From: Candidatus Hodarchaeota archaeon
GTDB lineage: Archaea > Asgardarchaeota > Heimdallarchaeia > Hodarchaeales > Hodarchaeaceae
Assembly: GCA_029856365.1 (NCBI GenBank)
Contig: JAHQWW010000039.1
Span: 1 to 27,654, forward strand
DNA: 27,654 bases
Direction: 5' to 3'
The notes under the pieces are model-generated. The model worked only from the letters and a program-made list of their open reading frames with translations. It searched no databases and was not told where the DNA came from. Shown here in pieces: positions 1 through 9,496 of this stretch (position 1 is its first letter; every line of letters starts with the position of its first letter). Both the position numbers and the translations under genes were made by a program.

Positions 1-11
1 AATCATTTTAT

Positions 12-1805
12 ATGGATAGTAAAGAGGTTTGTGAAATGGAAGACCAGTTTTTACTCCGATGCAACTTGGATACTAGAAAAATTATAAAGGAAGAAATACC
101 AGAAAGGATCTTGGCACAATATGTTGGGGGAAGAGGTTTGGGAGTAAGATACATGTGGGAAGAGGTTCCTCCTGATGTTGACCCATTAAGTCGAGCCAAT
201 AAAATGATATACGCTGTTGGTCCATTGACAGGAAGCTATGCCCCAACCTCTGGACGATATTGTGCTGTATCAAAATCACCATTAACAAAAACAATATTTG
301 ATGCTCATTCAGGGGGAAGATTTGGTTCAGAATTGAAAAATCTTGGGGTTATGGCCCTAATCGTTGAGGGTATGGCAACAGACCTTAGCTACCTCTACTT
401 GGATGCAGAGGATGATATCTTTGAATTGAGAGATGCATCCCAGTTGAAAGGGAAAACTACCTGGGAGACAACTGATATACTTGTAAAGATAACAAAAACA
501 CAAGCAAGAGTAGCCTGTATTGGGCCTGCAGGTGAGAATATTGGCCTTATGTCTTGTATCATCAATGACAAAGGTCACGCCCTTGGCCGTGGTGGGATGG
601 GTGCAGTTATGGGTTCAAAGAAATTGAAAGCCATTGTAGTCAAAGGACAAAGACCTCAAAAGAACGAAGAATTGAAAGATCTATCAGAACAGTTAAATTT
701 AGCTGTGAGGAAAAATCCTGTTACTAAATCTGCTTTACCCGTTTTTGGTACATCTGTTTTAGTAAATATTGTCAACGAATTAGGAATGTTTTCCACTAAT
801 AATTTTAAGGAAGGGACATTTGATGACGCTCTAGGTATTTCAGGGGAAAAACTTAAGGAATTGTACGTTATTAAAAATCATGCTTGCGCGGGGTGTCGTA
901 TTGCGTGTGGGCGTATAACAAAGGTAACTGAAGAGGAACAAGGAAAAGGACCAGAATTTGAAACTATTTGGGCTTTTGGATCTCAAATCGGAAACAATGA
1001 CCTAGCCTTGATTTGTAAAGTCAATTATCTTTGTAATCAATTAGGTTTAGATACTATATCTACAGGAAATACAATTGGTTGTGCCATGGAACTGTCAGAG
1101 AAGAATAGATTATCTAATTTTCCCAGATTTGGCGAGGTTGACTCATTAAAGAAAATCATAACTCAAATTGCTTACAAAGAAGGAATAGGAGCAGAATTGA
1201 GTAAAGGATCTAGAAAATTCGCAGAAAAATATGGAGAACCAGATCTCTCAATGACTGTAAAATCCCTTGAGCTACCTGCATATGATCCTAGAGGCGCTCA
1301 AGGTCAAGGTCTATCATATGCGACATCCAATAGAGGGGGTTGTCACCTTCGTGCTTACATGATAAGTACTGAAGTGTTGGGGACACCAATTCCAATGGAT
1401 CGCTTTTCTTCTTCAGGAAAAGCGAGTATTGTTCGAGTATTCCAAGATCTTTCTGCAGTAGTTGACTCGCTGGTTTTATGCAGGTTCTCAACCTTTGCTC
1501 TTTCTGCTGTTGATTATGCAAGGATCTTATCAGTAGTACACCAAAAAGAATATTCACAAAGCGATTTCATGAAAATTGGTGAGAGAATTTGGAATTTAGA
1601 ACGTATTTTCAATCTAAAAGCTGGTTTTAGTGCAAAAGATGACTCTTTACCTAAACGATTATTAGAAGAACCCTTAACGGTCGGTGGTTCACGAAACCGA
1701 GTAGTTAAACTGCAAGAAATGCTTCCAGAATATTATAAAATAAGAGGTTGGGATGAAAACGGTGTACCAACCAAAGAGAAAATAGCTCAACTTGAGCTAG
1801 GTTAA
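12..1805 (+). CDS. aor: Tungsten/molybdopterin aldehyde:ferredoxin oxidoreductase
   Basis: 597 aa with AOR-family motifs GGRGLG, KSPLT, GRGGMGAVMGSKKLKA, the 4Fe-4S motif CAGCRIAC, GPEFET, YDPRG, NRGGCHL and C-terminal YYKIRGWDENGVP. Confidence 0.93.
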   Translation: MDSKEVCEMEDQFLLRCNLDTRKIIKEEIPERILAQYVGGRGLGVRYMWEEVPPDVDPLSRANKMIYAVGPLTGSYAPTSGRYCAVSKSPLTKTIFDAHSGGRFGSELKNLGVMALIVEGMATDLSYLYLDAEDDIFELRDASQLKGKTTWETTDILVKITKTQARVACIGPAGENIGLMSCIINDKGHALGRGGMGAVMGSKKLKAIVVKGQRPQKNEELKDLSEQLNLAVRKNPVTKSALPVFGTSVLVNIVNELGMFSTNNFKEGTFDDALGISGEKLKELYVIKNHACAGCRIACGRITKVTEEEQGKGPEFETIWAFGSQIGNNDLALICKVNYLCNQLGLDTISTGNTIGCAMELSEKNRLSNFPRFGEVDSLKKIITQIAYKEGIGAELSKGSRKFAEKYGEPDLSMTVKSLELPAYDPRGAQGQGLSYATSNRGGCHLRAYMISTEVLGTPIPMDRFSSSGKASIVRVFQDLSAVVDSLVLCRFSTFALSAVDYARILSVVHQKEYSQSDFMKIGERIWNLERIFNLKAGFSAKDDSLPKRLLEEPLTVGGSRNRVVKLQEMLPEYYKIRGWDENGVPTKEKIAQLELG

Positions 1806-1882
1806 ATGTGAATATGAAAAATATTTCAACAACACTTTCCAAAGAATCATTAAACAAGAGATAGACGAAAGGAGTATGTGGG

Positions 1883-2833
1883 ATGACGAGAATCATCCGA
1901 GGTTTTTCACCAGCCACAGGTTATTTTTGTTTGGAATGTCTTAGCAAATGTTGTGCTACAGAATATGAACTACCATTATTAGCCCAGGAAACTGAAATAT
2001 TACGTCAAGAATACCCTTTTTGTAATATTTTTATACATCATTCAGTAGAGGGAAGTTGGTTACTTCGGGGAGATAGGTGCCCTTTTCTGAATTCTAAAGG
2101 GCTCTGTATACTTCATAATACTCCAAATAAACCATTGATATGTCAAATTTATCCTCTAATCTTCTGGAAAGTGAAACCAGATCTTATATTGGCGTGGATA
2201 AACCCTTGTCGGGGAAATGGATTTCAGTGGATATCAAATCCTAACAATCGTATTACGGATCAAGAAATTGAAAGACTACTTAACAAATCTCAGTTAAATT
2301 ACAAAAATTATATGGGAGAACAGATTGATAAACAAAATCCATTCAATGACATTCCAATGAAACGACTTGACGAAGAGCTTACATTTTTTGATAGTATAGA
2401 TACAAATGATTTACTTAATGAAATTAAGAACTTGAATCTTGTTCCCCAATCTTTAGAGAGAATTCTTTTACTAACAGAAGATTCTACAATAAAAGAAATG
2501 GTAGCAATAATGAATGCGGTCATTTATTGGTTATGCTGGAGTCCTGTTGGATTACAACTCTCTTTTAATCATTCAAAATTACTTTTTTTGGTAGCTGCTA
2601 TCTGGATTGACTTTACTAATCGTCCAATTCTTTCTCAAGCAGTTTTACCTTTGAGTCGTAGCCAAATCCTTCAACAATTGGGATCTTTCCTCGCAACAGC
2701 AATAATTCCTTCCTTTTGGAGACAAATGGCGCTTAAAACAGAATTTGAAGAATTGAGAAAGTTTGCTAAGAAAGCTTTTAAGGTACTGAAGGGGGAAATT
2801 ACCCAGGAAGAGTTTATTAATTCAGATCCTTAA
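1883..2833 (+). CDS. YkgJ-family (CxxCxxxCC) cysteine-cluster protein with helical C-terminal domain
   Basis: CLECLSKCC ... CPFL ... CILH ... KPLICQIYP ... C matches the YkgJ/FliB Zn/Fe-chelating pattern. Confidence 0.75.
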   Translation: MTRIIRGFSPATGYFCLECLSKCCATEYELPLLAQETEILRQEYPFCNIFIHHSVEGSWLLRGDRCPFLNSKGLCILHNTPNKPLICQIYPLIFWKVKPDLILAWINPCRGNGFQWISNPNNRITDQEIERLLNKSQLNYKNYMGEQIDKQNPFNDIPMKRLDEELTFFDSIDTNDLLNEIKNLNLVPQSLERILLLTEDSTIKEMVAIMNAVIYWLCWSPVGLQLSFNHSKLLFLVAAIWIDFTNRPILSQAVLPLSRSQILQQLGSFLATAIIPSFWRQMALKTEFEELRKFAKKAFKVLKGEITQEEFINSDP

Positions 2834-2862
2834 AAAGCCGTGAGATTGAAGGTCTTAATCAT

Positions 2863-3999
2863 TTAAGATTCAAAATCATCGGGGAATCCGATCTGTTTAA
2901 CAAGAATATCACTTAGTTTATCGGATCGCGGCCGGGACTCGATGAGAAAGTCTTCTAAATTGGTTTCAAGTTGTTTTAACTTTATTCTTTCATCAGGATC
3001 AAGATTTTTCTTGTCAATATGATGTTCAAAGAATTTACACGCTAATTGTGGGCATTGTGTCATTGCAGAGAGTTCCTCATCAGATAAGCTTCGAATTCGA
3101 TATACAGTTTGATTGACTCTTGGATCAAAAATATTGCTTGTAGGATGAATAATTGCGGTTAAATAACTTCGCCCCTTAGTTATTTCGTCTTCTTCCATCC
3201 AAATATCAGACCCTAAAGCCCACATCTCATAATCAATGCCCCAAATTTTTTCTGCTTGTTTTGCCTCATTAAATTGGACTAGGTAATTCCCTGCATTTCT
3301 ATCTGGGTCATTTAACCAAACATCAAAAGGTAGGAGGGTATAGCCATCATCTATTTGCTGAACAGTTTGAAATGCTTCATCTAAATCCTTGTAAGAATCT
3401 AAAAATTCATCGAGATTAATGGTGTTTGGGATTTTTTCCAGAAGAAGAGCCAAGACTACTGAGGGGTCATCATGCCCACTTTTTGAGGATAAAATCTGTT
3501 CAAATTTTGCTGATGTTTCCAAAGTATACGATTCTCGCTCAGAATACTGGTAATATTCTTCAGCTGTCTCAACTTCTTCATCTTCATCAAGCAAGATCAC
3601 ATCCCCAAGAGGTAATGTCGAGGTCTGTCTAAGAGGATGGTCAGCAATTTGCTGAGAACAAACAATTATAGCTTCAGGAACATTGAGATGTAAGCGACGT
3701 CCTAAACGTGAAGCTGTAAGCTCATTAAAGGTTCGCCATAAGTGCATTCTGTCACGACTATCCTCTGGAGATTCTTTGAGATCAACCTCCAAGTCTTGAA
3801 TCTCTTTTAATTCAAAATCAATAATATTTGCAAAGGTTTTCAAGAGCCATTCCTTACCATTCTCGTCTTCCAAGACGGTAGCTTTTCCATGTTGTCCCGC
3901 TGCAGTCATTGTTTTTTCAGTAAGCCGAAAACGATTACGAACAGCTATTTTATCAGGAGTATCAAAAATAACTAGATCCCAGTCATCCATTATTATCAA
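2863..3999 (-). CDS. HipA-like / PI3-PI4-kinase-like atypical kinase (start may be ATG at 3990)
   Basis: Gly-containing loop AAGQHG, lysine motif WLLK, helix-C NELTASRLGRRLHLNVP, catalytic loop FDVWLNDPDRNAGNYL and metal-binding WGIDYE. Confidence 0.7.
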   Translation of the reverse strand: MIIMDDWDLVIFDTPDKIAVRNRFRLTEKTMTAAGQHGKATVLEDENGKEWLLKTFANIIDFELKEIQDLEVDLKESPEDSRDRMHLWRTFNELTASRLGRRLHLNVPEAIIVCSQQIADHPLRQTSTLPLGDVILLDEDEEVETAEEYYQYSERESYTLETSAKFEQILSSKSGHDDPSVVLALLLEKIPNTINLDEFLDSYKDLDEAFQTVQQIDDGYTLLPFDVWLNDPDRNAGNYLVQFNEAKQAEKIWGIDYEMWALGSDIWMEEDEITKGRSYLTAIIHPTSNIFDPRVNQTVYRIRSLSDEELSAMTQCPQLACKFFEHHIDKKNLDPDERIKLKQLETNLEDFLIESRPRSDKLSDILVKQIGFPDDFES

Positions 4000-4122
4000 C
4001 TTCCTACATTCTCTTCCTAATGTAGATATATCGTTTCTTGGATTCTTCCTATGTTTTTAGATTATAATTTTTAAAGAATTAAATGATTAAAAGAAAACAG
4101 GTTAAAAAAGCTAGCTTGATGC

Positions 4123-6219
4123 TTAGGTCACTCGGGTACCATCAGATACCTCTTGGTCAGGAATTAACAAACTTAAATCTTCTCCATCAACAGCAGCCAA
4201 GAGCATTCCCTCGGAACGAACTCCTCGAATAGTGGCAGGTTCCAAATTTACGATCACAGTTAATCGTTGTCCAATAAGTTCCTCTACTTCTCTAAAAGTA
4301 GCTAATCCTGCAACTAATTGCCGCTGACCAATTTCTGAACCAAGATTAACTTTAAGCTTTAATAAATTCTTCGTTTTAGGGATTTTTTCAGCAGATATAA
4401 TGGTTCCAATTCTTATATCAAGCTTTTGAAAATCCTCAAACGGAATAGTGGATTGTTTCTGTTCAGGCACAGGTATTTCCTCTATTGAGTCACTTTTTGA
4501 TCTGATTCTCAATTCTTTAAATTGTATTTGAAGTTCTTCAATGTCTATTTTTGAGAATAATGGTTCAGACTCTTTAATGAGGGTACCTGGTTGAAGTTTT
4601 AATTTACCTGCTTCATCAAAATCCTGTTCTTCGGCTTTTCCCACTTGACCGAGAGTAGTCCAGATTTTCTCACTAGCTTCAGGTAAAATAGGCGATATTA
4701 GGATGCTTAGTGTGAGAAGAGATTGAGCACAGAGATACAACGTTGTCTCGACAGCGATAAAATCTGTATTCACCAATTTCCAAGGTTCTTTTGCACTGAG
4801 ATAAGCATTAGCTGTTCTAGCAAAATCGATTATCGAAGACACTGCTTTCTTGAACTCAAAGCGGTCGAAATAATCCGCTACACTATCAGGAATCTTGTGA
4901 ATAGCGGTGACAAATTCCCTATCAATATCATCAAGACGATGACATTCTGGAATCTTACCATCACAATATTTGTTAACCAAAACAATGATACGATGAATAT
5001 AATTACCTAAGACGTCATTAAGATCATTATTAACACGTTGTTCGAATTCACTCCAAGTAAAATTAGTATCTTTAATTTCAGGCCGTGTTGCCGCTAAATA
5101 ATATCTCCAATAGTCCGTAGGGAGAAGATCAGCTGCATCATCAATCCAAATACCGATACCTTGCGATTTACTGAACTTTTTATCCTCAAAGAGTAAAAAT
5201 TCGGTTGTACTCACATTGTAAGGGAGAACAAAAGGCTTACCATAGCTCTCCTTGGTCCCCAAGAGAAGACCAGGGAATAACAAAGTGTGAAAAAAGATAT
5301 TGTCTTTACCAATGAAAAATACAGTCCGAGTGTCTTGATCTAGCCAGTATTTTTTCCAAAAATTGGGATCATTATGTTCTCTTTCCCCTAATTCTGCGGA
5401 GGCAGAAACATAACCAAGAACTGCTTCTAACCACACATAAATGGATTTCCCCTTAGCTTTGGGGATAGCTTTATCGGCCGGAATACCCCAGGCCAAATCT
5501 CGTGTCAGGGTACGTGCCTGTAATCCCTCATTCAAAATGTTAACGGAAAATTTACGAGCATTTTCCGGTAGTTGTTCATTCTGATGAATATATTCAGCTA
5601 GGGGCTCCTGAAATGCCGAAAAATCATAGTACCATTGAGTTGTTGTTTTAATAATGGGAGAATTATTACAAATTTTACACAGAGGATCTATTAATTCGAT
5701 GGGACTCAAAGGCTTCCCGCAATCAGGGGCATCACATTGGTCTCCTCGAGCACCAGAAGCACCGCAATAGGGACATATTCCCTCTACAAATCTATCAGGA
5801 AGAAATCTCTTATCAAGTTCACAATAGAGTTGGTCTACCTCTTTGGAAAAAATATACCCGTTTTCAAAACAACGACGATAAAAATCTTGAACCCACTTAT
5901 AATGGAAAGGATTTGCCGTTTTGGAATAATTTAAGCGGATATTCCATTTTTCTAGTAGGGTCAAGATTTTAACATGGTTTTTGTCTACTAATTCCTGGGG
6001 AGAGATGTTTTCATCGATCGCAGCTACTTCAATGGGGGTACCATGGCAATCAGAGCCAGTGGCAGAAATTACATCTGCTCCTCGCAATTTTAAATAACGA
6101 AAAAAAATATCTGCACCCAATAAATGTAAGACAGTCCCAAGATGAGGAATAGCATTAATATAAGGCCACGCTGGGCAAATGACATACTTTTGATCTCGTA
6201 AGGTTTCCACATTAGCCAC
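4123..6219 (-). CDS. metG: Methionyl-tRNA ligase with C-terminal tRNA-binding (Trbp111/OB) domain
   Basis: AWPYINAIPHLG (HIGH-type), Zn knuckle CPYC..RGDQC, YVWLEA, FIGKDNIFFH, KFSKS (KMSKS-type) and C-terminal OB fold ending in SEGMLLAA. GTG start. Confidence 0.97.
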   Translation of the reverse strand: MANVETLRDQKYVICPAWPYINAIPHLGTVLHLLGADIFFRYLKLRGADVISATGSDCHGTPIEVAAIDENISPQELVDKNHVKILTLLEKWNIRLNYSKTANPFHYKWVQDFYRRCFENGYIFSKEVDQLYCELDKRFLPDRFVEGICPYCGASGARGDQCDAPDCGKPLSPIELIDPLCKICNNSPIIKTTTQWYYDFSAFQEPLAEYIHQNEQLPENARKFSVNILNEGLQARTLTRDLAWGIPADKAIPKAKGKSIYVWLEAVLGYVSASAELGEREHNDPNFWKKYWLDQDTRTVFFIGKDNIFFHTLLFPGLLLGTKESYGKPFVLPYNVSTTEFLLFEDKKFSKSQGIGIWIDDAADLLPTDYWRYYLAATRPEIKDTNFTWSEFEQRVNNDLNDVLGNYIHRIIVLVNKYCDGKIPECHRLDDIDREFVTAIHKIPDSVADYFDRFEFKKAVSSIIDFARTANAYLSAKEPWKLVNTDFIAVETTLYLCAQSLLTLSILISPILPEASEKIWTTLGQVGKAEEQDFDEAGKLKLQPGTLIKESEPLFSKIDIEELQIQFKELRIRSKSDSIEEIPVPEQKQSTIPFEDFQKLDIRIGTIISAEKIPKTKNLLKLKVNLGSEIGQRQLVAGLATFREVEELIGQRLTVIVNLEPATIRGVRSEGMLLAAVDGEDLSLLIPDQEVSDGTRVT

Positions 6220-6428
6220 GTCCTATAGATAGTGAGGAGAAAAAATTGCTGCTGTTATGATAGCCTAATGATGCACTCGTGATGAGAGTAAAAGAAAGAT
6301 TCAAAGAAAATTGAAAAAAATGACGAAAACATAAGCGGGTGAGCGGAAAAAGAAATAAGGATTCAGCTTGAGTACGCCATTTGGCAATCCCACATTGTTT
6401 ATCGCCTCAGATCATTCCGCTCAGAGAC

Positions 6429-6453
6429 AATATAAATGGCTTTCGATATAAAC
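6429..6453 (-). promoter_or_regulatory. Candidate tandem TATA boxes (with BRE-like GAAA) for metG
   Basis: The minus strand reads gTTTATATcGAAAgccaTTTATATT about 210-230 nt upstream of the metG start, resembling archaeal BRE-TATA. Confidence 0.35.
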
Positions 6454-7071
6454 AAGCCGATTCAAGGAGACATGTTTACACCAAGAAGAATAATTAAATA
6501 TGTAAAGTCAGAAAAAAAGGAAGTCAAGCCGCAAACTGTAAAATAAAGTATGATCATTTAAATAAAAAATCAAAAAATACCAATGAAACTAAGTAAAAAA
6601 AGGAAATTAGGAATAAAAATACAATAGCTGAAGAAAGCCTGCATAAAAACTCCTTATAAACAAAAATTAATATGGAACGGAATGAAATATGGGTAGAAAA
6701 TCTCAAAAAAAGTTGGAGTAGGAATCATTTCGCTACCCAAAAATTTGAGTACAACGAAAAAAGAAACAAGAAAGAAAGTACTCTCGAAGGGGTGGAGGAA
6801 GAAGCATTAGTTAAGTGGATTTGACAAGAAAAAAGTTTGAGAGAACTAACGGTAAAAGAATATAATAAGCCTATTTTCTGGGATTATTATCGCTAAAACG
6901 ATGAGTAATGATATCGCAAGATAAAAGTTATAATGAAAACATGAAACAACATGATTTGAACCTGAAAGGACGAAGGGAAAGATAAAAGTCAAATAGAAAC
7001 GAATAAAACGATACTTTAGCCGCTGAATGATGAAAGGAGTACAATGGCGCAAGAAAACCTATGAAAGCCTT

Positions 7072-7120
7072 GGGCATCCAACGAACCGAAAAACTTTCTT
7101 TTTCCTTACGTTGGGTGCCC
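7072..7120 (+). other. GC-rich inverted repeat (12-bp stem) in an AT-rich intergenic region
   Basis: GGGCATCCAACG (7072-7083) pairs with CGTTGGGTGCCC (7109-7120), with one G-U pair if transcribed from the + strand. Confidence 0.5.
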
Positions 7121-7224
7121 CTCCCTCCCCCCTCAAAATATTTCTCATATACACTCTATTTTGACAATTGAACAGACTAAATCTGATTTTTAGTATCGTC
7201 ATTATTTTTTATAAAATAAATTGA

Positions 7225-7518
7225 TCATTTTATAATTTTGTTTACTTCTGAAGCAAAAATCAGTGTTGCGGCGATATCTTCAACACTCTCCCCTAGCTCT
7301 TTAAAATTCTCTAATTTCTCCCTCATTGTTTGAATCATTGCTTTGTACACCGCATATTGCTTGTCAAGTGGGTATTTTGAGTATAAACTCGCCATTGCCA
7401 GTAATGAGGCAATTCTTGCTGTCTTTCGCGGATCTTTACGAAATTTTTTTTCATCTGCTTTCATAAATTCCTGAAGTTTAACAAAACGATTAAAAACATC
7501 TAAATAAGCTTCGGACAT
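7225..7518 (-). CDS. Small helical hypothetical protein
   Basis: 97-aa ATG-initiated ORF with protein-like composition, divergent from the E2 gene; no motif recognised. Confidence 0.65.
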   Translation of the reverse strand: MSEAYLDVFNRFVKLQEFMKADEKKFRKDPRKTARIASLLAMASLYSKYPLDKQYAVYKAMIQTMREKLENFKELGESVEDIAATLIFASEVNKIIK

Positions 7519-7808
7519 TCTTTTTTATCCTCTTTTATCTGTATATGATCTGAATAAAGTCATCAATAAGGATTTTAATACAAAATTGGCTCTTTTAAAT
7601 CTGGTTTCTTGATTTGGTTAATGACTTTAACCAGATATAAAAAATTTTATTGTGATGATCATATATATTATTTAACCAATTAGTAGTTTAACCCAGCATA
7701 AGATATATTGATATCAATTTTTACGAATAATGTAAAAGGTTACTATTTTGAACTCCTCGGAAATCATATGATTATCGGTAAGACTTAGAAAAAAAGCTGG
7801 ATCAAATT

Positions 7809-8264
7809 ATGCTTACAGAGGACGAATGGTTAGATAGACTGGCAATCGAAGCTCAAGAACTAGCTCGTGAACAACCAACTTTCCGTACAGTAAATAATAA
7901 TTTAACACATTGGAGGGGGGAAATATTAGGCTCGGGTTTGTATGAAGGGGGTGTATTTTTCATCGAAATTCATATTCCCCGTAAATATCCATTTGAGCCG
8001 CCCAAAGTTCGTTTTAAGACCCCAATTTGGCATGTAAATATTTTTAAAGAAAAAGTATGTGTAGGAATCTTAGGTAAGGAATGGAGTCCAGCGTATAGCC
8101 TCGTCCAGATTGTAGAAACAATCAGATTTCTGTTAAATAGCCCGAACCCTGATGATCCCCTCAATGCCACAGCTTCACATCAATGGAAAAAAAATCGTGA
8201 GGTTTTCAGACGACAAGCTGTGGATTATGTCAAAAGATATGCCCATTGGAATCAACAGTATTGA
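7809..8264 (+). CDS. Ubiquitin-conjugating enzyme E2 (UBC fold, catalytic Cys retained)
   Basis: W-x-G-x-I-x-G, YEGGVF, YPFEPPKVRFKTPIWHVNI, VCVGIL (active-site Cys), WSPA and PNPDDPLN. Confidence 0.95.
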   Translation: MLTEDEWLDRLAIEAQELAREQPTFRTVNNNLTHWRGEILGSGLYEGGVFFIEIHIPRKYPFEPPKVRFKTPIWHVNIFKEKVCVGILGKEWSPAYSLVQIVETIRFLLNSPNPDDPLNATASHQWKKNREVFRRQAVDYVKRYAHWNQQY

Positions 8265-8273
8265 GTTGAGCAC

Positions 8274-9290
8274 CTAGACGCCACGGTGTATTTCTCGTTT
8301 TACAGTATACTTAGGGGGATGTTCTAAGCGTGCAAAAACATGATCCGCGTTTACCTCTGCTTTCAAAGTGTCCAACCAATTGACATCTTCTTCATTTTCA
8401 AGGCCCCATACAAAAAGAGACTTTTTGTAACCACTTTCTTCATATAAGGTAGAACTTCTTATTGATCGTAGTAAGATGTCCCAACCTGGAGTGTCAGGTT
8501 CAGGATACATTGGAGAATAAGGCATGAGATGATAGACAATATAACCGCTAATTTCAATGATTGTGTCAATGTTAATCCCAAAATGACGGATGAACCCTTC
8601 GTTCCAGTCAGTTTCAGGGTCAATTGGAACTATCATCCCAACATCAAGATCTGGGTATTCGCTTTTAGCCATTTCTGTAATCTCTCGAAATGCTGAACTA
8701 ATAAGATCAGCACGCCATTCTTCAAACATTCTCTGGATTGGGGGATCTTTTTGAATGTCGAGATACGTAATGTCTAGGCTTGATCCAGAGATTTCAGCGA
8801 ACTTCCTAACACTTCTACGAGCAAATGAGTACTCCTGCCTAGGGAATAGAAATTCTTGGAAGATTAGCGATTTAATGGGCTTTGTAGCTACCTCGCGTGC
8901 AATATGGTTCAGGTGTTTCCAATAACCTTCCATCGATGGATCCACATAATCATGGATAGCAGTGCCGTCAGATCGTCCAATGGAATAATTAGGATCCGTA
9001 CCAAGGTATGAATCTCCGAAAGCATATGCTATTGCATGAGTTCTAAGGCCCAAATCGCTTGCTAATTCAGTGAAATCCGTGAAAAAATTTTCATAATTTC
9101 TATCGCTAGGTGCAGCTCCAGATCGATATGTTACTAAACCATCTTCTTTTTTACATATCAGAGCTACTTCCTCAACTACTCCACCATACTCTGCGAGAAA
9201 AGCGTTAGCACCTTTTTCAGCTGGAGAGTCTTTAGCTGTTGGATCAATAACTGGAATATAATTATGATCTATTAATTCGTCAATATTCAA
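8274..9290 (-). CDS. Putative glycoside-hydrolase-like TIM-barrel protein (DUF4015/GHL10-like)
   Basis: CKKEDGLVTY, YVDPSMEGYW..IAREVA and IFQEFLFP resemble the KxxxG / W(V)DP / FDYIRFP segments of these families; the catalytic residues look altered. Confidence 0.5.
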   Translation of the reverse strand: MNIDELIDHNYIPVIDPTAKDSPAEKGANAFLAEYGGVVEEVALICKKEDGLVTYRSGAAPSDRNYENFFTDFTELASDLGLRTHAIAYAFGDSYLGTDPNYSIGRSDGTAIHDYVDPSMEGYWKHLNHIAREVATKPIKSLIFQEFLFPRQEYSFARRSVRKFAEISGSSLDITYLDIQKDPPIQRMFEEWRADLISSAFREITEMAKSEYPDLDVGMIVPIDPETDWNEGFIRHFGINIDTIIEISGYIVYHLMPYSPMYPEPDTPGWDILLRSIRSSTLYEESGYKKSLFVWGLENEEDVNWLDTLKAEVNADHVFARLEHPPKYTVKREIHRGV

Positions 9291-9496
9291 TTCTTACATC
9301 TACCATTTTTGCTTAGAACACAAAACACGAGTTGGTTATTAGAAGCTTTTTTTTTGTAATGCCTTTTAAAAATTATCCTTCCTTTGGTATTTAGTACTTG
9401 AGAACGAAGAATGCACTCCTCCACCGAAAACCATTAAAAATTCAAAGACTAAAAAGAATATAGATTGTAGAAATAATCGAATCATGGTGAAACAAG

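Noticed and set aside
6130-6150. MetRS signature HLGT instead of HIGH
   Set aside because: Variation at this position occurs in archaeal MetRS; it is not evidence of inactivity.
6279-6342. Possible C/D-box sRNA (GTGATGA..TTGA..ATGACGA..GTGA)
   Set aside because: Non-consensus D boxes, and the first guide is too long and A-rich.
6846-7052. 68-aa hydrophobic minus-strand ORF
   Set aside because: Its Phe/Ile richness follows from the A-rich + strand; non-ATG start and no other support.
6822-7120. Selenocysteine read-through of TGA 6822 using the downstream hairpin as SECIS
   Set aside because: The hairpin lacks the AUGA/GA core or archaeal GAA/A motif, and there is no redox-motif context.
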